Below are positions 26,592 through 40,364 of a stretch of DNA of 64,000 bases, piece by piece. Under the pieces are notes generated by a model that did no database searches, was not told the origin of the DNA, and worked only from the letters and a program-made list of their open reading frames with translations. The number at the start of each line of letters is the position of its first letter. The first letter of the stretch is position 1. The position numbers were made by a program, and so were the translations under genes. The stretch lies in NCBI RefSeq assembly GCF_006345805.1, contig NC_043006.1:91698001-91762000 (forward strand), written 5' to 3'. Origin of the DNA: Octopus sinensis (taxonomy: Eukaryota).

Positions 26592-26823
26592 AGGCGGCGA
26601 GCTGGCAGACTCGTTAGCACGCCGGACGAAATGCTTAGCGGTATTTCGTCTGCCGCTACGTTCTGAGTTAAAATTCCACCGAGGTCGACTTTGCCTTTCA
26701 TCCTTTCGGGGTCGATTAAATAAGTACCAGTTATGCACTGGGGTCGATATAATCGACTTAATCCGTTTGTCTGTCCTTGTTTGTCCTCTCTGTGTTTAGC
26801 CCCTTGTGGGTAGTAAAGAAATA
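26592..26823 (+). mobile_element. Young SINE family B copy with 14-bp TSD
   Basis: GACTCTGTTAAATC at 26575-26588 and 26824-26837. It is inserted in or next to an older minus-strand family B copy (~26460-26590). Confidence 0.92.
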
Positions 26824-27674
26824 GACTCTGTTAAATCGTCTATGAACTTATTTAAGTGCTGTAAGCCTGTTGACTTGTCTTTCCTTCGGAGAGTAGTTAG
26901 GGGCCAGGCACACGCTTCTGGAGCCACCCCTGGTACAGCTGAGATAATTTAGTTACTATGTCTGCAATACGGTCCATCAATGATAAAAAACCTCAACCAA
27001 AATATCGTATTAATGGGTATGAAACAATTAATTATTGATGTGAGGGCCACAACTGGCTTCATGTAAGAAAACCTTAAAAAGGGTTATAAAATTATTTTCA
27101 TGAGTCAGTAGGGTAATTTCTTATTCCATCATGCTCGACTAATGTGGGTGTTTTACAGAGGCCAATTACTTGAAACCAGTTGTAACTCGCATAACAATAT
27201 TTGTTGCATAAATGGAAGAAAATGATTAGACTGGCGAGGAAATAAATATCGATGCCATGTGACTTTATAACTAACTCTACCTTATATTTCATGAACTAAC
27301 GTTACCAGCTGACTGATGTGATAATCATACCTGTTGCTAGAGGTTTATTTCTTCATACTATTCTTCAAATGAAATCAGCGTCTTTACGCACGCACGAACT
27401 TCGAATGCATTCAACCATTGCCTTTCTTTCATGCACACATGCATAGACACATCTCAGACGCACACACATGCATGTGCTTCGTGTGTGCATGCATATATAC
27501 AGACACAAGCACACCATGCATAAAACAACACGCACACACATATACATGCATATCTATCACACACCTGTCCTACTCTCGCTTTCTCACCGTTTCTTGTTTC
27601 TTTTCCTCATTTTTTTCCTCTTTGAATTCACACACAAACATGTACATATTCACACACACACACACACACACAGA

Positions 27675-27748
<74 letters not shown>

Positions 27749-27784
27749 CTATCTATCTATCTATCTATCTTCTATCTATCTATC

Positions 27785-27833
<49 letters not shown>

Positions 27834-27842
27834 CTATCTATA

Positions 27843-27886
<44 letters not shown>

Positions 27887-27967
27887 ATTATCTATTATCT
27901 ATCTATCTATCTATATCTATCTATCTATTATCTATCTATCATCTATCTATCTATCTATTATCTATCT

Positions 27968-28015
<48 letters not shown>
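27675..28015. repeat. (ATCT)n microsatellite
   Basis: Direct reading of the sequence. Confidence 0.95.
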
Positions 28016-28016
<1 letters not shown>

Positions 28017-28428
28017 TATTTATATAAATATATGATCATGCTTGTGGCTCAGAATGACATACACATGGTAAGACACAAAACAACTTTAGCATATTTCTTT
28101 TTGTTAACATATAGAGAAAGAGGAAGACACAAACTTGCCGGGAATGCAAGCATTCGATAAAAAGACAATTTACGGAGACATTTTTAATGTGGAATATATT
28201 ACCCGAGGAAATAATGCTAACAAAATGGTTTAATAATGCGAAAATAGCTTAAATGCTGCTGCTGCTGTTCGTCTTTGTCTCTCTCTCTCCCTCGCTCAGT
28301 TTGTCTCTGTCTTTTTCTCTCTCTCTCTCACTCTCGCTCTCTCTCTCTCTCTCTTTGTGTATAAATTTATTTATATATATACATGTGTGTTTATATTTAT
28401 ATGTGTATACATATATGTATGTATATAT

Positions 28429-28480
<52 letters not shown>

Positions 28481-28549
28481 TGTGTGTGTGTGTATATAAT
28501 GTAGAAATATTTATGTATGTGCGTCTATATTTCTTTCTCCCTCTCGCTT

Positions 28550-28586
<37 letters not shown>

Positions 28587-28782
28587 GCGTATATGTTTAT
28601 ATATAGATATATGTTTATATATATATATATATATAATATATATATATATATATAACATATATATATATATATATAATATATATATAATATATATATATAT
28701 ATACATATATATGTATAAAGGCGGTGCTCCAGCATCACCGCAGTCAAATGACTGAAACAAGTAAGAGAGTAAACGAGTATAC

Positions 28783-28865
<83 letters not shown>

Positions 28866-29644
28866 CACGCACACATAAATACCTACACATTCTCACACAT
28901 ATATACACCACACACACACACACGTATGAATGTACATGCATACAACCACGTCTACACTCATCAACTTACACGCTTGCACACACCACTGCTCTCTTCTCTG
29001 CACGTGCGTTGTTCCATTCTCTGTGCGTGTTGGTTGTGTGTGGAGGGAATAAACGCATCGCTGCTCGAGTGAATGTTTGAAGCCGATATCATGATGCAAC
29101 GGAATATATGCGTAGGCGGAGCGGCGAATTAACAAGTAGAAATGTATAATGAGTGGAGGCGATTCATAACGAGATAGATAGATAGAGAGATAGAGGGAGA
29201 GGAAAAGAGAGGGAGAGAGTAGGCGAATGGTTGCATCAATGAGATAAGCTGCAAGTGAAGAGTGAGAGATAGATTTGTGCGCCAAACGTGTTTGGAAGAG
29301 TGACTGCTAAAGAGAGGAACATCTTGGCTGCAGTAAACTAGAATAGAATAAGAGAAGGAACGAGAAAGTGTCGACTGGAGAAACGAAGAAAGCAGAAAGC
29401 AACGAATGAAAACGGCGAGAGGTTTAACGAGTGAATATGACGATCTACACAGCCTCACATATGCACCACATACGTACATACACACAAACATACACGTACA
29501 AGGACACAACCATGTCCACACCCAAAGACTTACACGTCTGCATACATCACTAGTCCTCTGTGCATATGCATTGATAGGTACCTACCTGCCTAACCCATCT
29601 ACCTACCCACCTACCTACCAACATGCCTGCCTACTCACCTACCT

Positions 29645-29895
<251 letters not shown>

Positions 29896-29935
29896 TATGT
29901 ATCTCTGCCTGTCTGTTGTCTGTCTGTCTGTCCCG

Positions 29936-29968
<33 letters not shown>

Positions 29969-30231
29969 CATATATCTATCCTATCTATCTAAATGTGTGA
30001 TTTGCTGTCCTCTGCATACATGTATCTGTATATACACACTTGTGCATATATATGTACACACATATGTAAACACACACTCACATACACATACACACGTACA
30101 TACCTTTTTTCTTTTCTAGATTCAGTTCGAGAGCTGTGGCCATGCTGGGGCATCACCGTTTGCTTTGGTACACTTTTACTAAACCTCCTCTGATGTGTGA
30201 CAGTTGGTGAATGAGGGGAGTTTGAAGGGTT

Positions 30232-30592
30232 GCGAGCTGGCAGAAACGTTAGCACGCCGGGCGAAATGCATAGCGGTATTTCATCCGCCGCTATGTTCTG
30301 AGTTCAAATTTCGCCGAGGTTGACTTTGCCTTTCATCCTTTCGGAGTCGATATAATCGACTTAATCCGTTTGTCTGTCCTTGTTTGTCCCCTCTGTGTTT
30401 AGCCCTTTGTGGGTAGTAAAGAAATAGGTATTTCTTCTGTCTGAACGTTCTGAGTTCAAATTCCGCCGAGGTCGACTTTGCCTTTTACCCTTTCGAGGTC
30501 GATAAATTATGTACCAGTTGCATACTGGAGTCGATCTAATCGACTGGTCCCCTCCTCCAAAATTTCGAGCCTTGTGCCATGAGTAGAAAAGA
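30232..30592 (+). mobile_element. Two tandem SINE B copies (tail type 1, then tail type 2)
   Basis: The first ends AAAGAAATA at ~30426. The second restarts internally at GGTATTTC and ends CCTTGTGCCATGAGTAGAAAAG. Confidence 0.85.
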
Positions 30593-30594
30593 AC

Positions 30595-32040
30595 GAGGGG
30601 AGTTTGATATTGCACTTCTTGCCACGAGGTATATTCACTCGGAACTCTTGACAGGGGGAGATCCAGCTTTGTTTTGAAGACGTCTCCAGCCACCACCCCA
30701 TGCATGTCTCTAAGGCTTTGAGGGGAGGATATTAAAGAGTTGTGGACCCTTAAAGCTCAAGCTGTTACAGTATCTGATCATGTATCTTGATGGCAATGTT
30801 GAGATTTTTGGTACTCTACTGTGGCCCCCGGGTTTTGCGCTTTGTGTAAGTGACAATGCCAAAGCTTGGCATAACGTCTTGTAGGATAATCCAGATTCAT
30901 GTTAATACGAGTGTTTCCAACCTTCCTTCTACGAAGTAGATTCTTAACTTTTTCAGTCTCTCCTAATAGCTGACATCTTTGAGTAGTTTCGCTGGATTGC
31001 TTCGAGTTCAGATATTAATTTTACACTATGTGGTGAGTAGTAATCCAAACAACTGATAACGAAAGTACTCCATGGACCATCATGGTTTCCAGTTATCTCG
31101 TTCTGAGAGTTCGAAGGATCCATCTGGTCAACCGTCTGCATTTTTTGCCAACTTAGTGATATACATCCGGGAAAGATACATCATTACTCATCTTGATGCC
31201 CATGTCACGCCCTGATTTTGACTCAAGGAACGCAATCCCTCCTGGGCCAGTGTATATTGTCTACTTTTCATTGAGTTTCGTGTGTTTTTATTTTCATCAG
31301 ACCATCTGTATATTGCGTTCAATTCTCGTTGCAGAGGCGCAACGTCTCCAGGTTTCTGTATCCTTGAGGGACATGCATATCATCTGCATAGCTAGCAAAG
31401 TGACTTCCCGAGCAGCTGGGGGTTTGTCTGAGGGAGTTTCTATGAATAGCAGTAGCTCCCAAGACAATGTCCTTTGGAACACCAGCCAGTATTTGTGTTT
31501 CCTGTGAGACAGCTCCGTTGGCCACTACTACCTGACTTCTATCTTTTAGGAAGTAACGTAGCCATTCTTCGTGACATATCATGTCATGTGATCGGCTTTG
31601 TCAAGAGCTTTTGCAAAGTCGAGATGTATCCCATCTACATTTGAGTTGTGGAGCAGCTGCTTTGGCAGCCAGTCGTAATGCTGCAATAGCTGTATGAGGC
31701 AGCTTCTACTGGTCTGAAACTGTGCTGGGTGTCTGTCAGCAAGTCATTCTCTTCAGAGATTGCAATTAATTTCTTTCGGACAGGTCGTTCCATGACTTTG
31801 CAAATATGTGAAGTGAGAGAGATAGGCCTGTAGTTTTTAGCATGTGCTCTGCTTCCTCTTTTATGAATAAAGCAGATTATTCCCTCCTTCAGTTTGCTCG
31901 GGAGCTTACCATTTGCAGGGAAACTCTGAAAAAAAAACCTTCTGATGTTTGCTAGGACACGTTTGTATGACTGCAAAAGTGTTGCTGGGAATCCATCGGG
32001 GCCAGCAAGTGGGTTTGCGCCTACATCATCTATTGCCATT
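30595..32040 (-). mobile_element. Degenerate CR1/L2-like (Jockey group) LINE ORF2, RT and 3' part
   Basis: Motifs GPDGFPA, HKRGSRAHAKNYRPISLTSHICKVMER, DFAKALDK, GVPKDIVLG, FASYADD, ELEAIQR and FKTKLD; frameshifted. Confidence 0.85.
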
Positions 32041-32491
32041 TTGAAGGAAGGGTATGTCTATTATATCGATCCCAGGGCTTAACTGGTACTTAAGTTATCA
32101 ACTGAGTAAGGATAAAAGATAAAGTCGACCGCAGCAGAATTTCAACTCAGAATGTAAGACAGACGGAATGGCGTTAAACATTTGCTCGGCGTGCTAACGT
32201 TTCTGCTACACGAATAAATTAATACCGGTTTCAGATTTTGCTGAAGGCGGCCAGAAATTTAGGGGAAGCGGTAAGTCAATCACATCGTATCCTGTGCTCA
32301 ACTGGTTCTTCTTTTATCGATTACGAAAGAAAGGCAAAGTCAAAACCAGAGGAATTTGAACTCAGAACGTTAGACGGACGAAATGCTTTAAACCATTTTG
32401 TCTCGCGTGCTAACGATTCTGCCAGCTCGACCAATTAGTATAAATTAACATGAAAAAAGAGAAGAAAATGCTATGAGAACTTTATCGTGGA

Positions 32492-34240
32492 CTAGCATTA
32501 TGACCCGGCAACGACGGGTCATAGTGCTAGTGCATGTATATATGTGTATATATATGTGTACATATTACATGTACATCTATATATATACATCTACGCATAA
32601 AATACAAAATACAAAGTTATATCTTGATATCGCTAGTGATAACAATACTCAAAATATATAACAGACTGGAATTGTAGGCCCGTCTCTTGCAATTTCGATC
32701 AATTGTACCTTGTCCTCCCTCTTGTATAGAAGCGTGGCTACAATCCAGTCTACCTCTACTTCAGTGGGGACCATTTTAATTTTTATCCGGGACGTCCGAC
32801 GTCCCAGATATAAAGGTAAAAATAAAATATTTCCACTTTGCAAGGTTCGAGTCGAGTATTGCCTTGCACGCTCCGTTGACTCGAACCTTGCTTCTATTGT
32901 GGCGAGTTTACAGCCTTTGGTTAGTTACTTGATATCTGTCATAGTCAAACCAAGACACTTTTCGATGGTGCTTTCCTCCAGGTGTTCAAATCTTTTTTTC
33001 TCTACATTGTATACTTTATAGACAATAGTATTTTCTTTAATTTAATTTTTTATTTCGTTTGGTGGTATTATCCTAGATTCACCGTCTTTGTCGGTGATCA
33101 ATCCGAAATAGGTTTGTATTTCTTCCATTTTAATTTCAATGAGTTCGCGCCCGCCGACGGCTGCAGCGAAATTCATTTTTGGACTTTCTTCTATTGAAGG
33201 CATTCTAACAAAAATGCTTCCGTGTAAACGGTGAAAATGTCAATTTCCCCAAACAGGGACACAATTCAATTTTTAAACAATAACCAAAGCTCCTTCTCCC
33301 AAAGGAGGAGGGTTACGGTTTACAATTATTTAACAAATGCAACACAACAACGTTTCCCTTACGAGGAACCAACAAACGTGATAACAATAATTAAACAGTA
33401 ATAATAATAGCAACAAACATTACGGTGAATCAAAAATCAGTACACAGTTCAAGCTATAGTCCTTTATGTATAAGAAATAAGCCAACAGCAGTACTCAGTA
33501 GAAGCGGCTGTTCGAGAAAACAGACATTACATACAGCCAAACTTCATGTAGATACTTAATGCTAGCTAATTAGCAGATAATCTAATCTAATGTGAAAGCC
33601 GTGGTAAAGGGTATGTGCACAGCTCCATCTGGACTATTTCATTTCTGCACACTAATTTTATTTTTAATTTATACCCATTCATGTCATTGATGCAATTTTA
33701 TACCATTTGCTATTTTTACTCGTAATTGTTATGTTACGATTTAATTATTATATTATACTTTAGTTTGATATTAATTATTACTTACTACATATAATTCAAT
33801 TGTTATTATTATATCTAATTTTTATTGTTAAGGTGAAAGTATCTGACATAAAATAAAGAAATGTTTTTGTTTCACTTTTAACACGTAATACTGAAATAGT
33901 GGAGAAGATATGATATTGCTATGGGCTCGCCCTAGGCAAGAAGTTGAACATTTTCTTTGCTCATGAAACTACATGGAACCTAAGTAAGGCATGTGTAAAA
34001 TTTGAATGAAATTGGTTGTGTAGTTCTCAAGTTTTAGGGAATCATATTGGAGAAGATATGATATTGTTGTGGGCTCGCCCTAGGCAAAAAGTTGAAAATG
34101 ATTTTTGCCGATAACACTCCCCGGACCCTAAGTAAGGCATGTGTACATTTTGAATGAAATTGGTTGTGTAGTTCTCAAGTTTTAGGGAAACAGACAGACA
34201 TACATACAGACACATATTCTCAGTTTTATATATATAGAGA
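32492..34240 (-). mobile_element. Probable non-autonomous Helitron (Lep1/DINE-like architecture) with internal cargo
   Basis: The minus strand begins A|TC-TCTATATATATAAAA..TGTCTGTCTG at 34240 and ends in a hairpin plus CTAG|T at 32492. It contains a ~148-bp tandem duplication at 33901-34190. That both ends belong to one element is inferred. Confidence 0.55.
32650..33030 (-). pseudogene. Possible LINE ORF1-like (RRM-type) fragment
   Basis: Protein-like frame with one stop: ..TIEARFESTERARQY..RIKIKMVPTEVEVDWIVATL. Resemblance to L1/Tx1 ORF1 is by eye only. Confidence 0.3.
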
Positions 34241-34387
34241 TATCACCATAGTTTTATCAAAATATGGTACTCCTTTATATCACATAAAAAAGATGACTTA
34301 GGCATGAAATAAAAGGGGGATAGAATTGAAATAAAATTGCATTAATCTTTCATGATATCGGTTCTGGCGGTTCACGTTTTTCTAATG

Positions 34388-34418
<31 letters not shown>

Positions 34419-34420
<2 letters not shown>

Positions 34421-34977
34421 GCCCTGATGCAGTACCAGGCAGTGGCTCTCATGGCTTCTGATCTTAACTGATTGGAAGTGTTATCATGTACATTGTTTTG
34501 TCTTGGTATAAAAGATGGGCTTCGGCAAATATTCTGCTCAATACCACAGATCTGCTTGTCAGTTGTTTGACCTTAACCAGTTGAGCATGTCCCTTTGTGG
34601 CTGACGATACGTGCATCTCTGATCAAAAGCAGAAGTAGTGGGGGAGCATCATAGCCATGTGTTGAGAAGGATTCTTTGGGGTTTGAATAATTCACCTCTG
34701 GAAACATAGGTGTTTCGTTCAACGTCCTTAAACAACCCTTATTCAGGGACCTTTTGAGCGGGATGGGTTACTCGATCTGAAGAAAATTCTAACTGGGCTC
34801 CACCTGCAAGGTCATGTGCTGTTTATCTTTTTATGAGATCACCATGTCGCGCACATATGGTTGTGATGCATGTGCCTGGTGTACCCTTATCAGACGGGTC
34901 GTCATGATGGGTATACTGGGCTTCGTATATTTTACCCCAGTGTCACTTTGATGGCATGCACTGCTCTCTCACTCAAT
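34419..34977. mobile_element. ~560-bp non-coding element inserted in a (TAA)n array
   Basis: Sharp, more GC-rich segment bounded on both sides by TAA repeats; no ORF in the track. Confidence 0.6.
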
Positions 34978-35179
34978 GATAATAATAATAATAATAATAA
35001 TAATAATGGTAGGAATGAAAGTTTTCTTTTATTTCAGGATGACTAAATCTTTCAACTTAATGATACTTGTAACACACAAAATATAGAAACATTCTTTTAA
35101 CCATAATATAAATCTCATATTTTGTTCCTTTTGCTGTTGTATATATAGATATATGTATATATATGTATATATATATATG

Positions 35180-35225
<46 letters not shown>

Positions 35226-35411
35226 TGTGTGTTTGGGTGTTCGTGTATGTGTGTGCGCCCATGTGTGCTTGTACGTATGCACGTATGTTGTATATATATA
35301 TATATATATATATATTTATAATGCAATGATGCATACGTATATATATTTGTGTTTACGTGCATTTATATATGAATATACTTGCATATAAATATAAGTATAT
35401 TTCTCTCTCTC

Positions 35412-35471
<60 letters not shown>

Positions 35472-35472
35472 C

Positions 35473-35505
<33 letters not shown>

Positions 35506-35975
35506 GTATATATATATTTCTCAAAAAACCTTTATATATATCTATATTTAATATTTGTATGCATAATTTTAATTTAAAAGTTTTTTCTCCTGAAAAATTA
35601 TAGTTTATGACAAATTATAGTTTCTGATAAACTATAGACTACTCAAAAATTATTGTTTACTGACTTCTGTAAGTAGTTATGTATTGTGGGCTAATTTCTG
35701 TTTATTTATAAATTCTTTTATAATGTCTTACAGCGTTGGCAGCATGCTGTTAGGTTCAGATAAATTTAGCGTTTCCTTTATATTTTTAACTTTTATTCAA
35801 GTGGAACTAATTATACATTCATAGACGTATACATGCATACATATATGTTCACGTATGTATAAAGGTATATGCAAAATGGATATGGATATATGTATGCGTG
35901 TGTGTGCGTGTGTGTGTGTGTGTGTGAGTATATCTTATCAAATTCCGACAGTCTACTCTGAATTTCATCCATATC

Positions 35976-36013
<38 letters not shown>

Positions 36014-36178
36014 GTGCATACACACAACACATCGATATTTAAACAAATCACAACGTACATGTGTGTTTATGTGTATAAATGTTTTAGATATGCATTTATA
36101 CATCTATATCTATCTATTTACAAACCTACATACATACACATATATACTCGCATGACATACACACATTCATATGTACAT

Positions 36179-36220
<42 letters not shown>

Positions 36221-36720
36221 GCGCACACACAAACACACGCGCGCACACACACACATAACACTACCAAGTCTCAACTATTTATGCATGATGATCTTTTGGG
36301 CTATAATTACAGGTAGCAATAACATAATATGAAAAGGCTGAGATTCGATATTTCAAATACTGATTATATCTAAACGAAGGACTACCGCCGGGGCAACCTA
36401 GGAATAGGCACTGCTTCTGCTTGTACTTGCTTCCAACATTTTGGAAAATTTTCCCTTAAGGAATATCTGATGTGTGAACCTAGAAGGACGAAGTCACTGA
36501 CTCCAAGATCCAGCGGTAATGCAGCAGAACCTACCTCGGGTCGAACGTTTAACGCATACGTAACAGCGTGATCTAACGTGAGTGTTGGGTACAGGTGCTG
36601 TGTATTTGCCCAGGTGTATGTAGGCATGTATGTATGTATGTTATGTATATATGTACGCATACATATATATGTTGTATATATACGTATATACGTATATATA
36701 TATATATATATAAGTGGGTG

Positions 36721-36757
<37 letters not shown>

Positions 36758-36943
36758 CCTGTTTTTCATCAGAAGATTTCATAATCAGAAAATGTTTACA
36801 TCTGAGAGCTCTGAATCTTCGTCAGTTATTATATACTCTGCATCGTTTATCATTCTTGAATTTCCGGAAGGAAAGTAACAACTAATTTTATACCTTAATA
36901 TTAACTACTGTTTTATTTTATATATATTTATACATACATACAT

Positions 36944-37465
36944 TGTAGCTGCCCCCTCGTTATCGAGTATGGCCATTGCACGAAGCTTAATCAATGTTGT
37001 TATCGTGCAATGCCTGTGCAAGAAAATTTTTTTTAAAGTGAAGAAAGGCTGTGCACTGAGTCAATCCCACTCACTAAGCAACAGCAGCCATAATCCGAAA
37101 AGAAGAACAAGTCAACATCATCGGTAACCACTGAACCGCAGGTTTTATGTCGGAGTTATCCCAGTTACCTGAGTTACCTTCTCCTAGAAGGATGCCCTAA
37201 CAAAGGCTGGGAGTCCTTCACTCCCAATGGTTTAACCGCGCGATCGAGTATGCAGTCCAATTATTTCTATGTCCCCGCGCATGATACAGCCTTAAGACAT
37301 TTATTGGATGGCCGTTGACTCTCAAGAGTTCCTCCGCCCTTTGACGGGTTTTGTTTTTCATCCCGCAGGGTGTCCAATAAACACTCTCCTCACCAAGCAA
37401 GCTTGGTGGGGTTGCCGGTTTAGTCGCCGACGACCCGACCATGCAACAAGTTGTACTGGGTTACA
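36944..37465 (-). mobile_element. Non-coding interspersed repeat (RTE 5'UTR-like non-autonomous element or solo LTR); second copy at 63688-64000
   Basis: High identity between the two copies over ~310 bp. Carries the RTE-UTR-like motif CTAGGAGAAGGTAACTC. Ends are TGTA...TACA. Confidence 0.75.
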
Positions 37466-37490
37466 TGTATATGTGTATGGGTATGTATAA

Positions 37491-37534
<44 letters not shown>

Positions 37535-38621
37535 ATAAATATATGTATGTACACATATATACGCAAATCTATACACAAGTATACATATACAAATATAAAT
37601 TCATGCATACGTATATATGTGTGTGTGTGTTTGTATGTATATTGTGTATATTCAATTTACAGTCTGAGATATATGGGCAAGTATAACGTGAGCGAATGAT
37701 GATCTTGCTTTTTAATGTAAACGATGTAACTGTAGCAAAACCATGACACTTGATTCGACCAATCTCTTCGTTCGCTTCAATCGAACTAAAATACCAAAAT
37801 TTTAAAAAGAAAATCTCCACAAAAATGAGAGTCTTACCTGATAATTCCTATGAAATAATGCATATTTGAGAACAGAATTATACATTGGCCTGTGGAATGA
37901 ACATATGTATATCTGCATGAAGTACTGTTTTGGAATTGAGTTGGAAAATACAATGATGGGAAATTAGGTGTTATGATAGTTTGATATTTTTTCACCAGTA
38001 TTCTTGGAAAAGGTATTATTTGCTGAACTGTTTCCCGCACTGAAGGTAAAATTATTTGAAGGGTTAAAAGTTTTGGCGCGTTCTGCTTGTCAAAGCTGGA
38101 AGGTAAAATTGAAATAATAATGGAATTTCCTCTCTCAGTTAGCTTCTACTGTTTTGCATTAAATCTCGTTGGGGACAGCTTTGCCTTTCATGCCTCTAGA
38201 ATTCATAAGTAATAGAATTATTCTGGAATTTATCCAAATCGTCTGTACCTCTAGATTGAATCAAGTCTAAACGATACCCAGGTATTTAAAACATAATAAG
38301 TATCGGAAATGTCACGGGTGCTTGCAATACAACAATAAATATTTGGTTAACCTATTCCAGTATCTTGCGGTCGTTCTCTGTTGGAAATAATTCACTTACA
38401 TCGTATCTGCGCACGTAAGAACGCCGTTCATATTTTCTCATCCATATGCAATTTCACGTTTATGCAACAAGTAATCGCACGAAGAAATGTTTCAAATATA
38501 CCACTTCTATGCTAAAATGTTAAATATTATTTCAGAGATTAAAGAAATACTGCCGATCAAAGTTGTTGATTATATTCGCAGTACTAAATGGTTATATCTT
38601 TCAAATAGTATGAAATATATT

Positions 38622-38849
38622 TATTTACTACCCACAAGGGGCTAAACACAGAGGGTACAAACAAGGACAGACAAACGGATTAAGTCGATTACATCGACCT
38701 CAGTGCGTAACTGGTACTTAATTTATCGACCCCGAAAGGATGAAAGGCAAAGTCGACCTCAGCGGAATTTGAACCCAGAACGTAACGGCAGACGAAATAT
38801 AGCTACGCATTTCGCCCGGCATGCTAACGTTTGTGCCAGCTCGTCACCT
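38622..38849 (-). mobile_element. Young SINE family B copy with 19-bp TSD
   Basis: AAATAGTATGAAATATATT at 38603-38621 and 38854-38872. Confidence 0.92.
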
Positions 38850-39450
38850 TTTTAAATAGTATGAAATATATTGTTTGTTTCTCAGTACAACGTGCGTGTT
38901 CAACTTCAAATCTTGGTGTTCATTTAAGACCCGTATATTTTCTATAATGTCTTTTAATGAGAAATACAAATCGGTAAATTTGATTTCACATGTTTTTGTC
39001 TAAAGAAATTGATTTGAAAGAGATATTTGGTTCCCGTCAAAGATTTTCAAGCATTCTGTTTGTATAATGTTAAAATTTGGTTCTTTGTTTGATTATTAGT
39101 GTGGATGTTGTGCAAGAGTACAACGCCACCCTACCCCCGGCGGGAATGGACTGAACCACTACATATAAATAGTAGCGGTCTGAGTGAGGCAATTGCTGGA
39201 CAGACGGTCCAGTTTGGTCCAGACCTCCAGATAGAGAAGAATCGGAGCGAGGTGGCAGGGTGGCGTCTATAACTCAGACCTGGTCTAGGCGGTGGCTATC
39301 TCTGAAAGGGAGGGCGGAGGTGGCAAATGTGTTTATCGCATCTGTTAATGCTTCGTTCAAACTACGGCGGGTCCACAACTGCAAGAAAGACATGAGTAAG
39401 GAGAAGGTACCAGCTGGCCGATGTTGTTAATTATAGTACTCAGTCGCGAA

Positions 39451-39770
39451 GGGAACGTGGCTTTGTGGTAAGGGTGTTCAGCTCAAGGTCATAAGGTCGT
39501 GAATTCGATTACCAGCGGAACGTTGAGCAAGACACTTTATTTCATGCTGCTCCAGTCCACACAGCAGGGAAAATGAGTTATACTGGTATTTCAAAGGGCC
39601 AGCAAGGGCCAGCCTTGTCACAATCGGTGTATTACGCTTAATCTCCCTGAAGACTACGTTAAGGGTACGCGTGTCTGGAGTACTCATCCACTTGTACGTT
39701 AATTTCACAAGCAGGCTGTTCCGTTGGTCGAATCAATTAGAACAATCAAGATTATGAGCGACGGAAAACC
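39451..39770 (+). mobile_element. SINE family C copy
   Basis: Colinear similarity to 23499-23815. Confidence 0.8.
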
Positions 39771-40029
39771 AGCACTCATTGAAAATATAGAAATGAGCGG
39801 ATACATATAGTATTTAATGTTTAATTAAATCCTTGAACTGTAAGTATATTGATGATAATCTACAAAGAAATAATGTCCTTTAGTATAATGTATACGTTGT
39901 TTAAATTATAAATTTTGAATAACTGTTTGTATATACTTAATGAATTTAGATCAGTATATAATGCAATATGTCACTCTTTACAATTTGAGAGTAAATTTCT
40001 CTATTCTTTATGTAACATGACTGCATTCC

Positions 40030-40071
<42 letters not shown>

Positions 40072-40321
40072 CAGGTATCCGCTTATGTTATTTAGAAATT
40101 CAAGCTGATTTTCGACACAGATAAGTTGAAATAGAAATGAGATGGGGATTAAAATTTTTTTTTCTGGGAATCTTCATGAAGCTAATATTAAACTCTACCT
40201 AACATCTCGTATCCTATCTTATGAGATGCATCATATAAATGAAATTAAAATGGTTTATATTGATTTCTCGTATATGTATCTATATCTCGCTCAAAGATTT
40301 AAAACTAGTTGTTTTTCTCTT

Positions 40322-40364
<43 letters not shown>

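Noticed and set aside
33285-33320. AAAGGAGGAGGGTT resembling the 3' side of a twister ribozyme
   Set aside because: The upstream conserved twister elements are absent; only a local hairpin is present.
33901-34190. Repeat-spacer-like pattern suggestive of CRISPR
   Set aside because: Only two ~148-bp diverged tandem units in eukaryotic transposon DNA, with no cas genes.
36795-36835. CUGACGA hammerhead core on the minus strand (similar partial hits near 8282, 55506, 57080-57200 and 58582)
   Set aside because: Stem II, GAAA or stem III cannot be formed convincingly; at best these are decayed remnants.
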